DNA of 64,000 bases from Nitrosopumilus sp. LS_AOA (GCA_001543015.1 LFLC01000057.1:27457-91456); one strand, 5' to 3'; numbered from the stretch's first letter, positions 27,556 through 37,772 are shown. Notes: generated by a model not told the origin, from the letters alone. Numbers and translations are program-made.

Positions 27556-28155
27556 CTAATTTCCCACTCCGAATTGGGATGCAATTTCTTTCCTTATTAA
27601 AGGCTTCAAGCGTTCAATCCGTGCATCTAAAGTATTATCAAAACTCGTTGTACCATCTTTGGATTTTATCATTACTCCACCAAGACAATCAATTAATTCA
27701 GATGATAATTCAGAACCTGGAAATTGAGATAAGGTAGATTGTACTAGATCTTTATCTTTAGTGTTTGTAGAAACTATAACTTCTGTAGTACCCAAAATTT
27801 TAGTTGACTCATCTAATAGAGATTTTATCAAATTAGAGTAATCACCACTTCGTGCAGTATTTGTAATTTCATCTAATGCTTTTGAAAAAACTTTGTTAAC
27901 TCCTTCTTCTAATGCCATTAATTGTTTATTTCTAGCCTCAAGATCAGCACTTCCAATAATCTGTTTTCCAATTTTATCTGCCTCTTTGTTTCCATCTGAA
28001 ATTATTTTATCAAATTCTCCTTCAAGTGTAGAAAGTGAATTATCAAGAGTTTCCTTTGATTTGATACTTGAATTTTTAAGATTTAGAAGAATGTCTTTCT
28101 CTGTTTTTTGAAGAACTGTGTCAATAGATTGTTCTAATGAAAGATTAGATGTCAA
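27556..28155 (-). CDS. atpE: A-type ATP synthase subunit E
   Basis: 199 aa, helical N-terminal half and globular C-terminus ([28 protein letters not shown]). It lies directly upstream of atpA. Confidence 0.85.
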   Translation of the reverse strand: MTSNLSLEQSIDTVLQKTEKDILLNLKNSSIKSKETLDNSLSTLEGEFDKIISDGNKEADKIGKQIIGSADLEARNKQLMALEEGVNKVFSKALDEITNTARSGDYSNLIKSLLDESTKILGTTEVIVSTNTKDKDLVQSTLSQFPGSELSSELIDCLGGVMIKSKDGTTSFDNTLDARIERLKPLIRKEIASQFGVGN

Positions 28156-28196
28156 TATCGATTTCTCATTAGATAATAGATTTTAATGTTTGGAAA

Positions 28197-30377
28197 ATGA
28201 TGAAAAAAAATCGACAAAAATATACAATTTCTAGATCGGGCTCAGAAAGATATTATAATGTACTAATCTTCGTTGGAAGTGTGACTGTTGCAGAACTGTT
28301 AGTGGGTAGTGTCATACTTCCAAGAACTGAGTCTCCAAAAGCAATATCGTCTCTAACCAAATTTGAATGGTTTCACAAAATGGAGATGGAAAATGAAACA
28401 GTTACTCCAGAAATTGATGATCTTCTTTTACGAGCCCAAAAATCATTTCAGTTTGTTGAAGATGTAGTTAAAGGATTGAATATTCCTATTCGAGTTGGAA
28501 TAATAGAAATTCTTTTCAAAGGTACTGTAATTAAAAGGAAGAATTATGAATTTGAAGAAATTGAGGGGTTGGTTAATGATCTCGAAAAAATTCCCGAGTC
28601 AATTACTAATGCTGCCAAAGCATTAGATGAAATTTCAAAGGTCAATCGTTCTCTTGAAGAATATACATCACTAAAAGAAACATTAGAAATTACAAATAAA
28701 CTCAAAGTTGACATGAGTGGTTTTGGAGCAATGAATTATTTTTATACAAATCTATTTGTCATAAATTCTTCAGATTATGGAGAAATTGAAAGATCATTAG
28801 AAGGAATTTCAATTTTCAAGTATGATTTAGAATCTAAAGAAAAATTAGCAATAATCATTATTGCCGACATTAATGATTCTGAGAAAATTCTTAAAATCAT
28901 GAGAACTCTAAATTCTAATCCATTTAACATTCCAAAAGATTTACCACAAATTCCAACTGAGGCATATTCTTTGGCAGTATCAAAGGTAAAGGAATTAACA
29001 GAAAAGAAGAAGAAACTTTCAAAAGAAATAGTTTCTATAACAAAGAAAATTCGTAGTCAAATTCTCATGATGCATGAAAATGCATATGTTGCAAAAGAAG
29101 TACTAGAAACTTTACGAAAACCAGGCGGTACCAAAAATTTTGCAGTTATTCAGGGATTTATTCCAAAAAAGATGGAAAAAAAATTCAAAGAAGTAACTAG
29201 TCAATGGACATCAATAACTGAAGAAGTTACAGATGATGCGGCTGAAAATATTCCAGTTTATTTAGATAATCCAAGATGGGTTAGAACTTTTGAAGTAATT
29301 ACTGATAGTCAAGGAATTCCTAAAAAGGGAGAATTTGATCCAACATGGATGATTGCCCTCATGTGGCCAATATTTTATGGATTGATGTTTGCAGATGTAG
29401 GTCACGGATTATTATTAATGGGATTAGGATTATTATTCAAATTCAAAGGACAAGGAAATCTTTCAAGATGGGGAATGCTACTTGCAATATCGGGTGGAGC
29501 AGGTGCGTTTGCTGGAATTTTCCAAGGTGAAATATTTGGTTTTCATTTAGAACATTTTATTGGATTTGAAATGTTGTTACATGAAGGTGGGCCACTTCAT
29601 TCAATATCATGGTTAGTTGGTTCAATCAGTATTTCAGAATTATCATTTGATCAAGTCATCATGATTCTCAAAATATCATTATTCTTAGGAGTTATTCATT
29701 TGTCATGGGCTTTCATTTTACGAATTTGGAATCATGTAAGAAGAAAGGAAAGAGATGCAGTGATCTTTGAAGCTATTCCAAACTTGCTCATGTGGTTAGG
29801 AGTTTTTGGTGTGATGATGGCAGCAATAGGTTCTGGATATGATGTAATGAACATGTATTCTAAAATTCATACAGAAGCTGTTCCATGGGTTTCAGTCCTT
29901 GTTGGGGAATGGGCAGTTGTATGGATAGTTGTTAGGGTTTCGATAGTTCTAATTCTTGTATGTGTTGTAATGATGATAATTGGTGGAATAAAACATAACA
30001 AAAAACATCCAGAGGATGGAGGAGATATGGTAAGTGTGATGATGGAAGTTTTACTTGGAAAAACTATCGAATGTCTGGCGCACTCTATCAGTTATGCGCG
30101 AATAGGAATTATGCTCCTAGTGCATGCAGCATTGTTACTTACAGTTAATCAGGCATATGAAAATTTGGGAGGTCTAAGTTCCCCAATGGCACTTGTATTA
30201 ATTATTGGAGGACAAATAGGAATCATGATGATTGAGGGATTGATTGTCTATATTCAGTCACTAAGACTTCACCTCTATGAATTCTTTACAAAATGGTATG
30301 AAGGAGGTTCTCAACCATTCAAACTACTTGTTCCAGAAATGGTTTACAATAATTATTCTGGGAAGAATAAAAAATAG
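28197..30377 (+). CDS. atpI: A-type ATP synthase subunit I (a-subunit homolog)
   Basis: 726 aa, with a cytoplasmic coiled-coil N-terminal half and a polytopic C-terminal half that includes SISYARIGIMLLVHA (conserved Arg). The exact start is uncertain and may lie downstream. Confidence 0.85.
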   Translation: MMKKNRQKYTISRSGSERYYNVLIFVGSVTVAELLVGSVILPRTESPKAISSLTKFEWFHKMEMENETVTPEIDDLLLRAQKSFQFVEDVVKGLNIPIRVGIIEILFKGTVIKRKNYEFEEIEGLVNDLEKIPESITNAAKALDEISKVNRSLEEYTSLKETLEITNKLKVDMSGFGAMNYFYTNLFVINSSDYGEIERSLEGISIFKYDLESKEKLAIIIIADINDSEKILKIMRTLNSNPFNIPKDLPQIPTEAYSLAVSKVKELTEKKKKLSKEIVSITKKIRSQILMMHENAYVAKEVLETLRKPGGTKNFAVIQGFIPKKMEKKFKEVTSQWTSITEEVTDDAAENIPVYLDNPRWVRTFEVITDSQGIPKKGEFDPTWMIALMWPIFYGLMFADVGHGLLLMGLGLLFKFKGQGNLSRWGMLLAISGGAGAFAGIFQGEIFGFHLEHFIGFEMLLHEGGPLHSISWLVGSISISELSFDQVIMILKISLFLGVIHLSWAFILRIWNHVRRKERDAVIFEAIPNLLMWLGVFGVMMAAIGSGYDVMNMYSKIHTEAVPWVSVLVGEWAVVWIVVRVSIVLILVCVVMMIIGGIKHNKKHPEDGGDMVSVMMEVLLGKTIECLAHSISYARIGIMLLVHAALLLTVNQAYENLGGLSSPMALVLIIGGQIGIMMIEGLIVYIQSLRLHLYEFFTKWYEGGSQPFKLLVPEMVYNNYSGKNKK

Positions 30378-30420
30378 TAAAATTCTTAACGATTAATACC
30401 AAGTAGAAATTAGAAATATT

Positions 30421-30507
30421 ATGTCAAAAGAATTTAGAGTTACTATCATTCCAGCATTAATTATGTTAGGGTTTGCAATTTTTGGAATTTCTGCAATTAG
30501 TCCATAA
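30421..30507 (+). CDS. 28-aa single-TM micro-ORF downstream of atpI
   Basis: Manual translation gives MSKEFRVTIIPALIMLGFAIFGISAISP. This is speculative. Confidence 0.2.
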   Translation: MSKEFRVTIIPALIMLGFAIFGISAISP

Positions 30508-30516
30508 TAGTTTTCG

Positions 30517-31308
30517 CTAATTTTCATAAAGATTTATTGTAACTTTTGTAATCCATGGTTTTAGTTCATCAGGAAAAATTACCAATAATCCGCTATCTTT
30601 TTGGATATTTTTACAGGTACCACTGTAGCTTTGTTTGTTTTGTCCATAACAACCGAGTTCAGTGTATGAATTAAACTCTGAATTTCCAAAGTTTTCACGT
30701 TGTATAGATGACGAAACAAAGTATACATCAAATCCTAAATCCTTGTTATCGGTTTTTATGCTATAATCATATGATGTTATTTCCTTAGATGTACAAATAG
30801 GGAAAAATTGTGCAAATCCATTTTTAATTTTTGATTGTTGTTTTGAATTATCATAATTTTTGTTTTCTATATTTGGATAAACAGAGATATCAGGATTTAT
30901 GCTGAGTTGTTTTCCTTGCACATATTCAATTTCATGACGAATAGTATCCACAGCTTTTCTGTAAATCATGGGTTGCCATTCTTCTTGACAGTCACTAAAT
31001 TCATGTTTTAATTCAACAAATGATTTGTCATTAATTTCTTGAAGTTGATTTGTATTGTATTCTTTAGATTCTGCATCAAATACAGGATTGATATTTTCAT
31101 CTTTATCTGATTTATACCAAGAGTTTGTTATATCAAAAATAATATTTTTTGAATCACTATCCCATTCGGATAATAAATGAACATACACGGTATACTTGTT
31201 TACTACTTGATTAGATTCTGATTCAAAAATCAAATGACCAAAAAAGGCATTTACAAATATTATAGAAAATGCAATTACTGGAAGAATCATATAAAAAATT
31301 GGCTTCAT
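30517..31308 (-). CDS. Hypothetical N-terminally anchored or secreted protein
   Basis: I chose the start at MKPIFYMILPVIAFSIIFVNAFFG, a signal or anchor segment. Several Cys residues are spaced through the protein. I recognise no family. Confidence 0.55.
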   Translation of the reverse strand: MKPIFYMILPVIAFSIIFVNAFFGHLIFESESNQVVNKYTVYVHLLSEWDSDSKNIIFDITNSWYKSDKDENINPVFDAESKEYNTNQLQEINDKSFVELKHEFSDCQEEWQPMIYRKAVDTIRHEIEYVQGKQLSINPDISVYPNIENKNYDNSKQQSKIKNGFAQFFPICTSKEITSYDYSIKTDNKDLGFDVYFVSSSIQRENFGNSEFNSYTELGCYGQNKQSYSGTCKNIQKDSGLLVIFPDELKPWITKVTINLYEN

Positions 31309-31437
31309 GTCATTCCTCCAAAATTTACAAATATTTGAAATTTGGCAATACAATAGATGAATTGATGAAATATCTTCAAAGTATAAGAAAAATTTAAAAT
31401 TAGAAAATGTTATCATCTAGAAAGTTTTCTTTATTTT

Positions 31438-31785
31438 ATGGAAATTCAACAAATAGTTGAAAAGATTTTGAAAGTAAGCCCATCTGTTAGAGTAGTCAGT
31501 GTGGTTGATCTCAAAGGAAAACTAATATTTTCTGAACGTTCTAAGAAAGTGAAAATATTGGTGTCAAAGAAACAAAGTTTGGCATCATTAAAAGCAGCGT
31601 CAAAGGATTGGAGCCAAAGAAAAAAATTAGTAAAGACACTAGGTTCATGCAAATATGTTGTTGCAGAATATGATAAGGTAAAAAGAATAATTATGCCTGC
31701 AGGAAGAAATCATATTTTGTATATTACTACAACTGCATCACTAGATCATAACAAAGTTGTTCGTAAAGTTCGTTCTTTTAGATAG
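31438..31785 (+). CDS. Hypothetical protein, possibly Roadblock/LC7-like
   Basis: 115 aa. The pattern VRVVSVVDLKGKLIFSE ... YVVAEYDKVKRIIMPAGRNHILYITTT resembles Roadblock/MglB folds. This is a by-eye call only. Confidence 0.4.
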   Translation: MEIQQIVEKILKVSPSVRVVSVVDLKGKLIFSERSKKVKILVSKKQSLASLKAASKDWSQRKKLVKTLGSCKYVVAEYDKVKRIIMPAGRNHILYITTTASLDHNKVVRKVRSFR

Positions 31786-31886
31786 TCATAACAACTTTAT
31801 TTTTATTATTTTTTTTAAAATTCTAAAAATAAATAAAATTTTGTGTGAATACGAAATGTATTTTTTCTTTTTTGGATAGATGTGAA

Positions 31887-32144
31887 TTATTTTTTGAGTT
31901 GTCTCTTTCCAGTACCTCTTCCAGAACTGACCCACATACCTTTAGTTGATGGAGTAACAGTGGTTTTAATATCTCCAAATTTAATTTTTCCAGTTCCTCG
32001 TCCTGTAATGATGTACTTGTTTTCAAGTGCTTTTTTTCTTGCTTCTTGTGCTTTTTTGAACTCTTCTCCTTGCCATTTCTGAGCATTGTCATCAACTTCG
32101 ATAATTCGTGTACCTCTTCCAGATCGAACTTTTATTTTTGCCAT
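31887..32144 (-). CDS. Small basic protein with three (S/T)GRGT repeats
   Basis: The sequence is MAKIKVRSGRGTRIIEV...ITGRGTGKIKF...SSGRGTGKRQLKK. I preferred it over the overlapping frame 31823-32095. Confidence 0.45.
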   Translation of the reverse strand: MAKIKVRSGRGTRIIEVDDNAQKWQGEEFKKAQEARKKALENKYIITGRGTGKIKFGDIKTTVTPSTKGMWVSSGRGTGKRQLKK

Positions 32145-32261
32145 AACACTCCATATAGTAAATTCTTACTAATAAGATTTGAATATGCTCCAAGTATCTA
32201 TCAAAGGAATTAACTGAGTTTTGAGGCTAAATTCTTTCTTTCAGAGAAAATACGAATGAAA

Positions 32262-32588
32262 TTAAACTAATTTTTTTAGAATACTAAACACTCTATCATG
32301 TTTTTCAGGAGTCACCCACAATCTTTTGTATATTTTAAAATCAGTTTCAAGAACAATTGCTTTTTTCTTTGTAGGTCTAGATGAATCATAATGAAACCAG
32401 TCTCTGAAATTACTAGTTCCTGAAACTCTTAATCGTCCTGATGATAATCCAATATTTCTTTCAGAGATTTTCTTGATGTGGGATATTTTTACGTCTTTTT
32501 TACCCCAGGGTAAAACCCAGGATTTGAATCGTATTTTATCATCAAAAATTTGGATGTATTTGTCATTATACAAAGGAGTTTTTGACAT
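32262..32588 (-). CDS. Hypothetical protein
   Basis: 108 aa. I recognise no motifs. Confidence 0.45.
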   Translation of the reverse strand: MSKTPLYNDKYIQIFDDKIRFKSWVLPWGKKDVKISHIKKISERNIGLSSGRLRVSGTSNFRDWFHYDSSRPTKKKAIVLETDFKIYKRLWVTPEKHDRVFSILKKLV

Positions 32589-32593
32589 GATTT

Positions 32594-33214
32594 CTAAGAT
32601 GAAAATCTATCAGTAAAAACAATATCAGATAATGGAAGTTGACCTCCACGAGGCATTGCAGGTTTGATTTGTTTTCCTATTGCCATCAACATAGAAATGA
32701 TATGATCATCAGGCAAATTAATTATCTCGGCAATTTTTTGAGGATCAAAACCAATCATAGGATTTGAATCATATCCCATAGATTTTGCGGTAAGCATTAT
32801 TGTTTGAGCAGCAATACCACAAGACCTCATTGCCTCGTCTCTTTGTAATTGATCTTTTCCTTCATAAAATGGTCCCATAGCAGGTACTAGAAAATCTTGA
32901 GCTTCCTTTGGTGCATTTTTCCAATATTGTTCAGGACTTTTTTTCCATGATTTCAAATCTGCACAAATTACTAGAAATAGTGAAGAGTCAGTTACTTGCG
33001 CCTGATCCCAAGCAGCAGAGCGTATTTTCTTTCTAATTTCAGGATCTTTGATAATTACAAATCTCCAGTTTTGCATGTTAAATGAAGTTGGAGATAAAAC
33101 TGCAAGTGACATTAATTGTTCTATTTCATCATCAGAGAATTTATGATTTGGATCATAGTGTTTTACTGAACGACGTTCTTTGATTGCATCAAAGGTATCC
33201 ATGAATGAGATCAA
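32594..33214 (-). CDS. Nitroreductase family protein
   Basis: The motifs AIKERRSVKHYDP and SPTSFNMQNWRFVII are present. Confidence 0.85.
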   Translation of the reverse strand: MISFMDTFDAIKERRSVKHYDPNHKFSDDEIEQLMSLAVLSPTSFNMQNWRFVIIKDPEIRKKIRSAAWDQAQVTDSSLFLVICADLKSWKKSPEQYWKNAPKEAQDFLVPAMGPFYEGKDQLQRDEAMRSCGIAAQTIMLTAKSMGYDSNPMIGFDPQKIAEIINLPDDHIISMLMAIGKQIKPAMPRGGQLPLSDIVFTDRFSS

Positions 33215-33228
33215 GTTAGAACTAATAT

Positions 33229-34005
33229 TTACTTTTCAACAGGAAGTTCTAGTCTATTTCCCCATTCTCCCCACGAACCAAGATAAACTCGAACATTTGA
33301 AAATCCCAATTTTTTCAAAACTAAAAATGTGTTAGCTGCCCTATATGCCCCTTGACAATAAGTAATAATTTCAGAGTCTTTTGGATAATCATACATTTGA
33401 GATAATTCATCATCATTTTTGAAGGTCCCATCTTTTGAGATATTTTGATTCCAATCAATATTGATTGAATTTGGGATATGTCCTGATTGGGCAGCACGAA
33501 TAATACTTCCATCATATTCCCCAGTAGAGCGAGCATCAAGAATTTTCACATTTTTCAGATTTTCATGAATATACTCAAATCCAGAAATAATATCTGGATT
33601 AATTTTTCCTGAAAATTTAGATGGTTTGAAACCATTAGGTTTTGTCTCAAGGGAATGATTTTCTTTTTGCCATTTTGAAATTCCTCCATCTAACATCAAG
33701 ACGTTTTGATGAGAGAAATACATCAGCATCCAAACTCCCCTTGCTGCAAGCATTCCAGAAACTGAATCATAAAAAATAACTTTTTTTTCTGGAGTTACTC
33801 CAAGAAACGAAAGAAGTGTTTTTGCTTGATTATTGAAATCCTCAATTCCTTGTTTTGTTGTATCATTCCAATGAAATGCAAATAGATCTAAATGAACTGC
33901 TCCTGGAATATGACCTTCTGAATATTCTTTGAAAGAACGAGTATCAGCAATTATGATGTTTGAATCATTTAGAATTGAATTTAATTCAGAAGTTGAGATT
34001 AACAT
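33229..34005 (-). CDS. Two-domain rhodanese (thiosulfate/3-mercaptopyruvate sulfurtransferase)
   Basis: GHIPGAV and GHIPNS mark the two domains. The active-site loop is YCQGAYRAA. Confidence 0.85.
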   Translation of the reverse strand: MLISTSELNSILNDSNIIIADTRSFKEYSEGHIPGAVHLDLFAFHWNDTTKQGIEDFNNQAKTLLSFLGVTPEKKVIFYDSVSGMLAARGVWMLMYFSHQNVLMLDGGISKWQKENHSLETKPNGFKPSKFSGKINPDIISGFEYIHENLKNVKILDARSTGEYDGSIIRAAQSGHIPNSINIDWNQNISKDGTFKNDDELSQMYDYPKDSEIITYCQGAYRAANTFLVLKKLGFSNVRVYLGSWGEWGNRLELPVEK

Positions 34006-34075
34006 GATTTATCTAAATTGATCAAATCTAAATTGATTTGTATTAAAATAAAAAGAAGAAAAAAGGGTGTTTTTT

Positions 34076-35638
34076 CTATTCGTTAACGTATGCTCTTTCG
34101 CCATGCTGTGCCAAATCGAGACCAATCTCCTCTTCTTTAGGAGTGACTCTGATTCCGCCAGGCCATACGGCATCCATTACTTTGAGGATTACAAGGGTAA
34201 CACCAAAGGAATAACCTACTGATATTACAGCACCAATGATGCTGATTGCTTGCTGTTCCATTCCTTCTGCAGTTCCTGTCCATGCACCAATACCGTCTCC
34301 AGTATCCCATACATGTGGACTAGCTAATGTACCAGTCAAAATTGCACCTGTAAGACCACCCATTCCGTGTACTCCCCATACATCTAATGCGTCGTCCCAT
34401 TTACGTGCGTTCTTGAATGCTACTGCTGCATAACAAATTGTTCCAGCTGCAATACCAATTATAATCGAAGCCATTGGACCTACCCAACCTGAAGCTGGAG
34501 TGATTGCAACCAATCCTGCTACTGCACCTGATGCAGCACCAACAATACTTGGTTTGCCTGTATGAGCCCATGACATAAGGACCCATGTTATCACTGCCAT
34601 ACCAGTCGCGGTATTTGTGACAGTCCATGCACTTACGGTAATGCCGTCTACCATTACTTCACTTCCTGCGTTGAAACCAAACCATCCAAACCAGAGTATT
34701 GCTGCTCCCAGCACTACCATTGGGATATTGTGTGGCTCCATTGGCACTTTGCCATATCCAAGACGTCTGCCTAAGATTAGCGCTCCTGCCAACGCGGAGA
34801 ATCCTGAAGTAATGTGTACTACAGTACCACCAGCAAAGTCTAATGCGTACGATGGTGATAGATCTGGATCGAGGTCAATTGAACCTCCTCCTATGTATCC
34901 TCCTCCCCAAACCCAATGTGCTATTGGGTCATAAACGAAGGTTCCCCATATGAGTACGAATATCATCAATGCGCTGAATTTGACTCTGTCAATCAAACCA
35001 CCAATAATTAGAACTGGTGTAATGATTGCGAAGGTTCCCTGGAACATTGCAAATAGTTGGTGAGGTACTGTACCTGGCCAACCTTGACTACAATAGTCTC
35101 CGTCCTTCATCGCGTTCATTTGATAAGCATTAGACCATGTATCTGCACACGGACCTACCTCACCTAGAGGTGCCCATGCTGAGACTTGATTAAAGCCAAC
35201 ATAATCTAAATTACCCATGAACATATTTGCTTCTGAGTCAATTCCGCCGAATGCTAGTGAGTAACCCCATAGTACCCATTGTACTGACATTAGGCCCATA
35301 ACAATTAGGGTCATACCAAGTACGTTGACGATGTTCTTTGATCTGGCTAATCCGCCATAAAAGAAACCGACTCCGGGTGACATGAAGAGTACCATTGATG
35401 TTGCTGTTAGCATCCATGCCATATCTCCTGTGTCTACAAGACAAGGTAGCATGCCGCCTTCGCCATCATCGTACCAACATTCGTTAGGATTACCAGTGTA
35501 AATTCCACTGGTACCTGCGACGTATCCGTCCATACCATCATCAACGCTTTGTGCAAATGCTTGTGACATTGCACCAGCTGCTGTGATAGATACTGCGGCT
35601 ACAAGTAATAGAGCATACTTGTAGTTCCTAGAATTCAT
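34076..35638 (-). CDS. amt: Ammonium transporter (Amt family) with N-terminal signal peptide
   Basis: 520 aa. The motifs DFAGGTVVHITSG, FGWFGFNAGS and VHGMGGLTG are present. The signal peptide is ...AMSQAFA|QS. Confidence 0.95.
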   Translation of the reverse strand: MNSRNYKYALLLVAAVSITAAGAMSQAFAQSVDDGMDGYVAGTSGIYTGNPNECWYDDGEGGMLPCLVDTGDMAWMLTATSMVLFMSPGVGFFYGGLARSKNIVNVLGMTLIVMGLMSVQWVLWGYSLAFGGIDSEANMFMGNLDYVGFNQVSAWAPLGEVGPCADTWSNAYQMNAMKDGDYCSQGWPGTVPHQLFAMFQGTFAIITPVLIIGGLIDRVKFSALMIFVLIWGTFVYDPIAHWVWGGGYIGGGSIDLDPDLSPSYALDFAGGTVVHITSGFSALAGALILGRRLGYGKVPMEPHNIPMVVLGAAILWFGWFGFNAGSEVMVDGITVSAWTVTNTATGMAVITWVLMSWAHTGKPSIVGAASGAVAGLVAITPASGWVGPMASIIIGIAAGTICYAAVAFKNARKWDDALDVWGVHGMGGLTGAILTGTLASPHVWDTGDGIGAWTGTAEGMEQQAISIIGAVISVGYSFGVTLVILKVMDAVWPGGIRVTPKEEEIGLDLAQHGERAYVNE

Positions 35639-35767
35639 TAAATTTATCGAAATTGAAAAGTATTAAAGCCTTGAGAATTCGAAATCATGAAAAAACTATA
35701 TAATTATATTTTAGTACATTCAGATAGTAACATAAAACATGAAAATTACATCAATGGTGAATGAATA

Positions 35768-36433
35768 ATGGTCAAATCAACTACAAAATTAGCAATTTTT
35801 GACACATTCAAAACTAAAGGTAATGATTTGACAGGAGAAGCAAATAGACAAAGATCAATTATTACAATTCTTGCTAGTAATGCCAATCCCGCTGAAAGAA
35901 CTAGAACTGGAATTTCTCAAAGAATGGCAAAAAAACAAGGTATTACTTGGAAGAATATCTATTCAGGAATATTTCGTGATCTTGATGAGATTTTACTTCC
36001 TATGGAAATCGCAGAGGAGGATGGAAGATTACCTCTCAAAAGAGGCCCAAAAGCACTTCAAGAAATTGGAATTCCTTTCTATCATTTGACAAAAAAAGGT
36101 CTTCTAATTGCACTATCAATTAGTGAAGTAAAAAATAGGGAAAATATTCTAAAAGAGTTTTTCTCAAAGTCAGAATCTACTGAAAAAGAATTTGAAGAAA
36201 TCCTAACTAGTCTTTTAGAGGCTAGTCCCAATTTCATATATTCAATTTTTCAAAAATATGTTAAAGCTTTTTGTGATAATAAAATTCAGGAATTGCTCCC
36301 TTTTGATCTCTCAAAATTAAAAGAAATTTCAGATGAATCATTAATTATTCAAAAAGAAGTGCTTTCCGCCTTTGTAAAACTATCAAAGCAAGAAAAAGAC
36401 AATGCCATTAAATTTTTAGATAAAATAACATAA
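35768..36433 (+). CDS. Hypothetical protein, possible wHTH DNA-binding N-terminal domain
   Basis: 221 aa. The segment RTGISQRMAKKQGITWKNIYSGIFRDLDEILLPMEIAEEDGR looks wHTH-like. The gene lies divergent from amt. Confidence 0.45.
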   Translation: MVKSTTKLAIFDTFKTKGNDLTGEANRQRSIITILASNANPAERTRTGISQRMAKKQGITWKNIYSGIFRDLDEILLPMEIAEEDGRLPLKRGPKALQEIGIPFYHLTKKGLLIALSISEVKNRENILKEFFSKSESTEKEFEEILTSLLEASPNFIYSIFQKYVKAFCDNKIQELLPFDLSKLKEISDESLIIQKEVLSAFVKLSKQEKDNAIKFLDKIT

Positions 36434-36493
36434 AATTCATTCCTAAAATAAACGCCAAACATTAAAATCAGTATTATTTTAAAATTAATCAAA

Positions 36494-37528
36494 ATGGGTG
36501 GTTCAAAAAATGTCTTTGCAGCAGTCAAATCATACAGTAAAAGAGGAAAATTACTAAAAAACGCTGATTTTCAAACCCTGGCAGAATCAAGAGATCTTGA
36601 TGAATTAATGACTAGGATAAAAAATACAACTTATGGAGAATCAATTTCTAATGTTCAAAAACCATATACATCTCTAGGTATTGAAAATGCTCTAAGAGGT
36701 CATCTAGCTGATGTGCATTATAGTATTTCAAAAACTGCTGGTGAATCAAAAATTTTAGATGCTTATTTTTCAAAATTCATAATTTCTAATTTAAAACAAA
36801 TTCTAAAAGGTAAAATTTTGAAAAAATCTCAAGAAGACATTGAAGCTCACATTAATTTTCGGGCTGAAGAATTAATTAAGCAAAGAGATGTAGTAGTTAA
36901 AGCACTTGTAGCAGAGGATTTGGAAGAAGCAGTTGCTAGTTTGAATCAAGCAGAATTTGGTGAGGAAATTGCTAAAGCTGCAGCATTGTATGAAGAGAAA
37001 AAAAATATTCAGATTTTTGATACGTATTTTGATAAAATTTTGTTTACACGTCTTGTAAAAGCACTCAAATCTGGAGGTCTTGATGCAGGTAAATTAATTG
37101 GAATGGATATTGATTTTTACAATATTCTAAGTGTAATTAGAGGAAAGTTTTGGGGAATTGATGATGAACAAATTCAAGATTTAATTATTGTTCAGTGTCC
37201 AGTTGCAAAAGATTTGCTTACAAGAATGATTTCAGCTAGTACAATAAAAGATGCATTTAGTGAGCTTTCAAATACAAAATATAAGAATTTGATTCCTCAG
37301 GTTGAAAATGAGTTAGATGCAATATCTGAATTTGAAAGAGCATTTGAATTATCAATTTATCAAGCATCATTAAACTCATTTACAAAAATGTTCAGTTTAG
37401 CAACAACAATAGGAATAATAAAATTAACTGCTTATGAGGTAAGGAATCTCGCAGCCATTGCTTATGCAGTTGAGCAAAAAATACCAACAGAAACTACAAT
37501 GTCAAAATTAATTTTAATGACAGAATAA
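36494..37528 (+). CDS. atpC: A-type ATP synthase subunit C (V0-d homolog)
   Basis: 344 aa and all-helical. The N-terminal pattern AAVKSYSKRGKLLKNADFQTLAESRDLDELMTRIKNTTYG is typical of AtpC. Confidence 0.8.
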   Translation: MGGSKNVFAAVKSYSKRGKLLKNADFQTLAESRDLDELMTRIKNTTYGESISNVQKPYTSLGIENALRGHLADVHYSISKTAGESKILDAYFSKFIISNLKQILKGKILKKSQEDIEAHINFRAEELIKQRDVVVKALVAEDLEEAVASLNQAEFGEEIAKAAALYEEKKNIQIFDTYFDKILFTRLVKALKSGGLDAGKLIGMDIDFYNILSVIRGKFWGIDDEQIQDLIIVQCPVAKDLLTRMISASTIKDAFSELSNTKYKNLIPQVENELDAISEFERAFELSIYQASLNSFTKMFSLATTIGIIKLTAYEVRNLAAIAYAVEQKIPTETTMSKLILMTE

Positions 37529-37541
37529 TCTGGTTTGTAAT

Positions 37542-37772
37542 ATGAGTGAATCTCCACCTAAAAAAAAAGGTGTACCAATTGACGTTTTCACAAACAAGGT
37601 TACAATTTGTATGGCCCTACTTTTTGCCCTACCATCGCTAGGGATATTTTTAGGAATCTACTACATAGTTGGAAATTTACTTGTTGGAGCAGCACTTGGA
37701 TTCATAGTTCATTTTCTAATTCTTGCATTTTCAGGTAGAATTTCCAAGCGACTAGATGAAATTATGAATTAA
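37542..37772 (+). CDS. Small 2-TM membrane protein
   Basis: 76 aa with two hydrophobic helices. Confidence 0.45.
   Translation: MSESPPKKKGVPIDVFTNKVTICMALLFALPSLGIFLGIYYIVGNLLVGAALGFIVHFLILAFSGRISKRLDEIMN

Noticed and set aside
27555-27584. 10-codon N-terminal extension of atpA ([10 protein letters not shown])
   Set aside because: It overlaps the atpE 3' end. The Met at 27554 gives the canonical [13 protein letters not shown] start directly after the atpE stop.
31823-32095. 90-aa Lys-rich ORF in another frame of the GRGT-repeat locus, plus the plus-strand ORF 31882-32082
   Set aside because: These frames are mutually exclusive. The 31887-32144 frame has the internal repeat structure and a plausible start, and the others look like low-complexity by-products.
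34076-35638. amt looks GC-richer than its neighbours, considered as a sign of horizontal transfer
   Set aside because: The Gly/Ala/Trp-rich membrane-protein composition and probable high expression explain it. The flanks show no mobile-element signatures.
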